Shown one piece after another: positions 62,211 to 64,000 of a DNA stretch of 64,000 nt. Position 1 is the stretch's first letter. Each line of letters begins with the position of its first letter. Made by a program: the position numbers and the translations under genes. The notes under the pieces are model-generated. The model did not search any database and was not told where the DNA came from. It saw nothing but the letters and a program-made list of their open reading frames with translations. The stretch lies in NCBI GenBank assembly GCA_951406725.2, contig OX597825.1, forward strand, positions 57,040,001 to 57,104,000, given 5' to 3'. The DNA comes from Octopus vulgaris (Eukaryota).

Positions 62211-63431
62211 CAGGGTGCATAAAGTATTTGAGGACATACCTTTTTGGGGTCATTGCTGCATTTTTTGCTAACTCTGTATAATCATTATTTCAGAAAATAA
62301 TAATGGCAGATCCTCAGCTTACTCAAGAAATGAAGAGGCATGCTGTTGTAGCGATTTAGAAATATCTCGATTTTTAGAAGTTGCCAGATCTTTCATCTAC
62401 AGGGTTTGTAAGGAGCTAGAAACTGAAGATGGAAACATATCACCAGTATCAAAGCATAAAAAGCATTCTAAACACTCTGAAATCATCAGAACAAGTTCAA
62501 CAGACCATTGGTTACAATACCAGAAAGACCATGAGGTCAATTGCGAAAGATCTTCCATATATCAGAAGGAGCAGTCAGAAATATTATTCATGAAGACATC
62601 AGATATAAGTCTTATATGATGAGGAAAGGTCAATTTGTCAGAAAAAGCAAAAGAAAATCCCTACATCAGATCTAAAAGGCTCTTAAACAAACTGAAAAAT
62701 CCAGTTGAAGAAGATTTGATTTAGTTTTTCTCAAACAAGAAAAACTTTGACCAAGATCAAAAAGTTAACAGAAGAAATGACAGATGGTTATGTGCAGACC
62801 CTTCTGAAGTTCCAAGTGTTATGCATACAAAATTCCCTGCAACTATCATGGTTTTAGGGGTTGTCAGCAATGAAGCACATGTAATGCCTCCTTACTTCTT
62901 TCCACAAGGTCTTAGAGTTAACTCTGCTGCCTTCATTGAGAGTTCTGGAAATAGTTGTTAGGCCCTGGATAGACAGGTTATGCAATGGAAAGCCATGTGT
63001 TTCAGTAAGACTCTGCACTATCACACATGGCTCTAGTATCATAGGAATGAATGGCTGAAAATTTTCATGATCACATAACCCCTAACATTTGGCCTCCTAA
63101 TTGCCCAAATCTCAATCCATTGGACTATTACATGTGGAGTGTTGTTGAGAGAGAGGTCAATGAACAAGCCCATAACAACAAAGATTCTTTGAAAGCTGCC
63201 ATAGTCAGCATAATGTCCAAAATGAACCAGGACCAGTTGATTAGAGCATGTAGATGATTTAGATCTCATATAGAAGCAGTTGTTGAGGCTGAAGGTGGCT
63301 TTATTGAATAACATTATAGAAAAGAAGGTTTATTTTTATCCTCATAGTGTTTTTTGATAAATAAAGTTATCTGTTATTATATATGCTTTTTTATAAACAT
63401 AAATCTGTCCTCAAATATCTTATGCACCCTG
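62211..63431 (+). mobile_element. Full-length decayed Tc1/mariner DD37D (maT-type) transposon
   Basis: 26-bp TIRs CAGGGTGCATAA..TATTTGAGGACA, TA on both sides; transposase remnants FFSNKKNF, VFQ*DSALSH and WPPNCPNLNPLDYYMW with 37 residues between the last two D; stops and frameshifts. Confidence 0.93.
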
Positions 63432-64000
63432 TATATATATATATATATATATATCATCATCATCGTTTTAATGTCCACTTTCCATGCTATCATGGGTTGA
63501 ACGATTTGATTGAGGACTGGCGAACCAGATGGCTGCACCGGGCTCCAATCTGATCTGGCAGAGTTTCTACAGCTGGATGCCCTTCCTAGCATCAACCACT
63601 CTGAGACTGTAGTGAATGCTTTTACGTGCCACCGGCACGAGGGCCAGTCAGGCAGTACTGGCAACGGCCATGTTCAGATGGTGTACTTTACGTGCCACCT
63701 GCACAGGAGTCAGTCCAGTGGCACTGTGTATATATACATGTGTGTGTGTGTGTGTGTATGTAGTTATGTTATATTCTGTTAAGAACATAGTGCAGTACAG
63801 TATAAAGCTAGTCCACCTTCAGATTTCATCTGGTGTTATCCACTAGTAGTATTATACATACTGCTAGATTTGTGTTATGGCTTCTGTTATGTGTCAATAG
63901 ATAACTGAATAAGTTGGAGCAAACAAAAAGGAGTACAGTTGGACATTTATTTGTAATCACTACAATTGTTTCCATGCAACGTAGTTCTCAAGATTTGCAG

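Noticed and set aside
56600-64000. Divergently transcribed neighbour gene
   Set aside because: Only repeats and transposon remnants found; no convincing exon

Overview
AT-rich, microsatellite- and SINE-dense eukaryotic DNA. The repeat families and intron style point to an octopod cephalopod (inference, not proven). One host gene spans most of the window on the minus strand: EXOSC10/Rrp6, the nuclear exosome DEDD-Y 3'-5' exoribonuclease. I read 17 GT-AG exons from ATG at 56273 down to 1339 (2035 coding nt, about 678 aa, frame-consistent), covering PMC2NT, EXO with intact catalytic residues, and HRDC. The 3' end lies beyond position 1. Introns and upstream DNA hold decayed mobile elements: an internally deleted BEL/Pao LTR element (LTRs, PBS, 5-bp TSD), two DD37D (maT) Tc1/mariner copies (one split by a piggyBac derivative), TTAA MITEs, a Helitron Rep-helicase remnant, nested non-autonomous Helitrons, RTE LINE fragments and several tRNA-derived SINE families. 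The most unusual signal is four unrelated repeat families carrying Penelope-type minimal hammerhead ribozyme-like cores, mostly in fold-back arrangements. One is a tRNA-headed SINE whose inverted double copy is bounded by a 13-bp target-site duplication, suggesting a Pol III SINE mobilised by Penelope-like machinery. Most ORFs in the supplied track are repeat-derived noise. All alignments were done by eye, so repeat boundaries are approximate unless a TSD or TIR is quoted.
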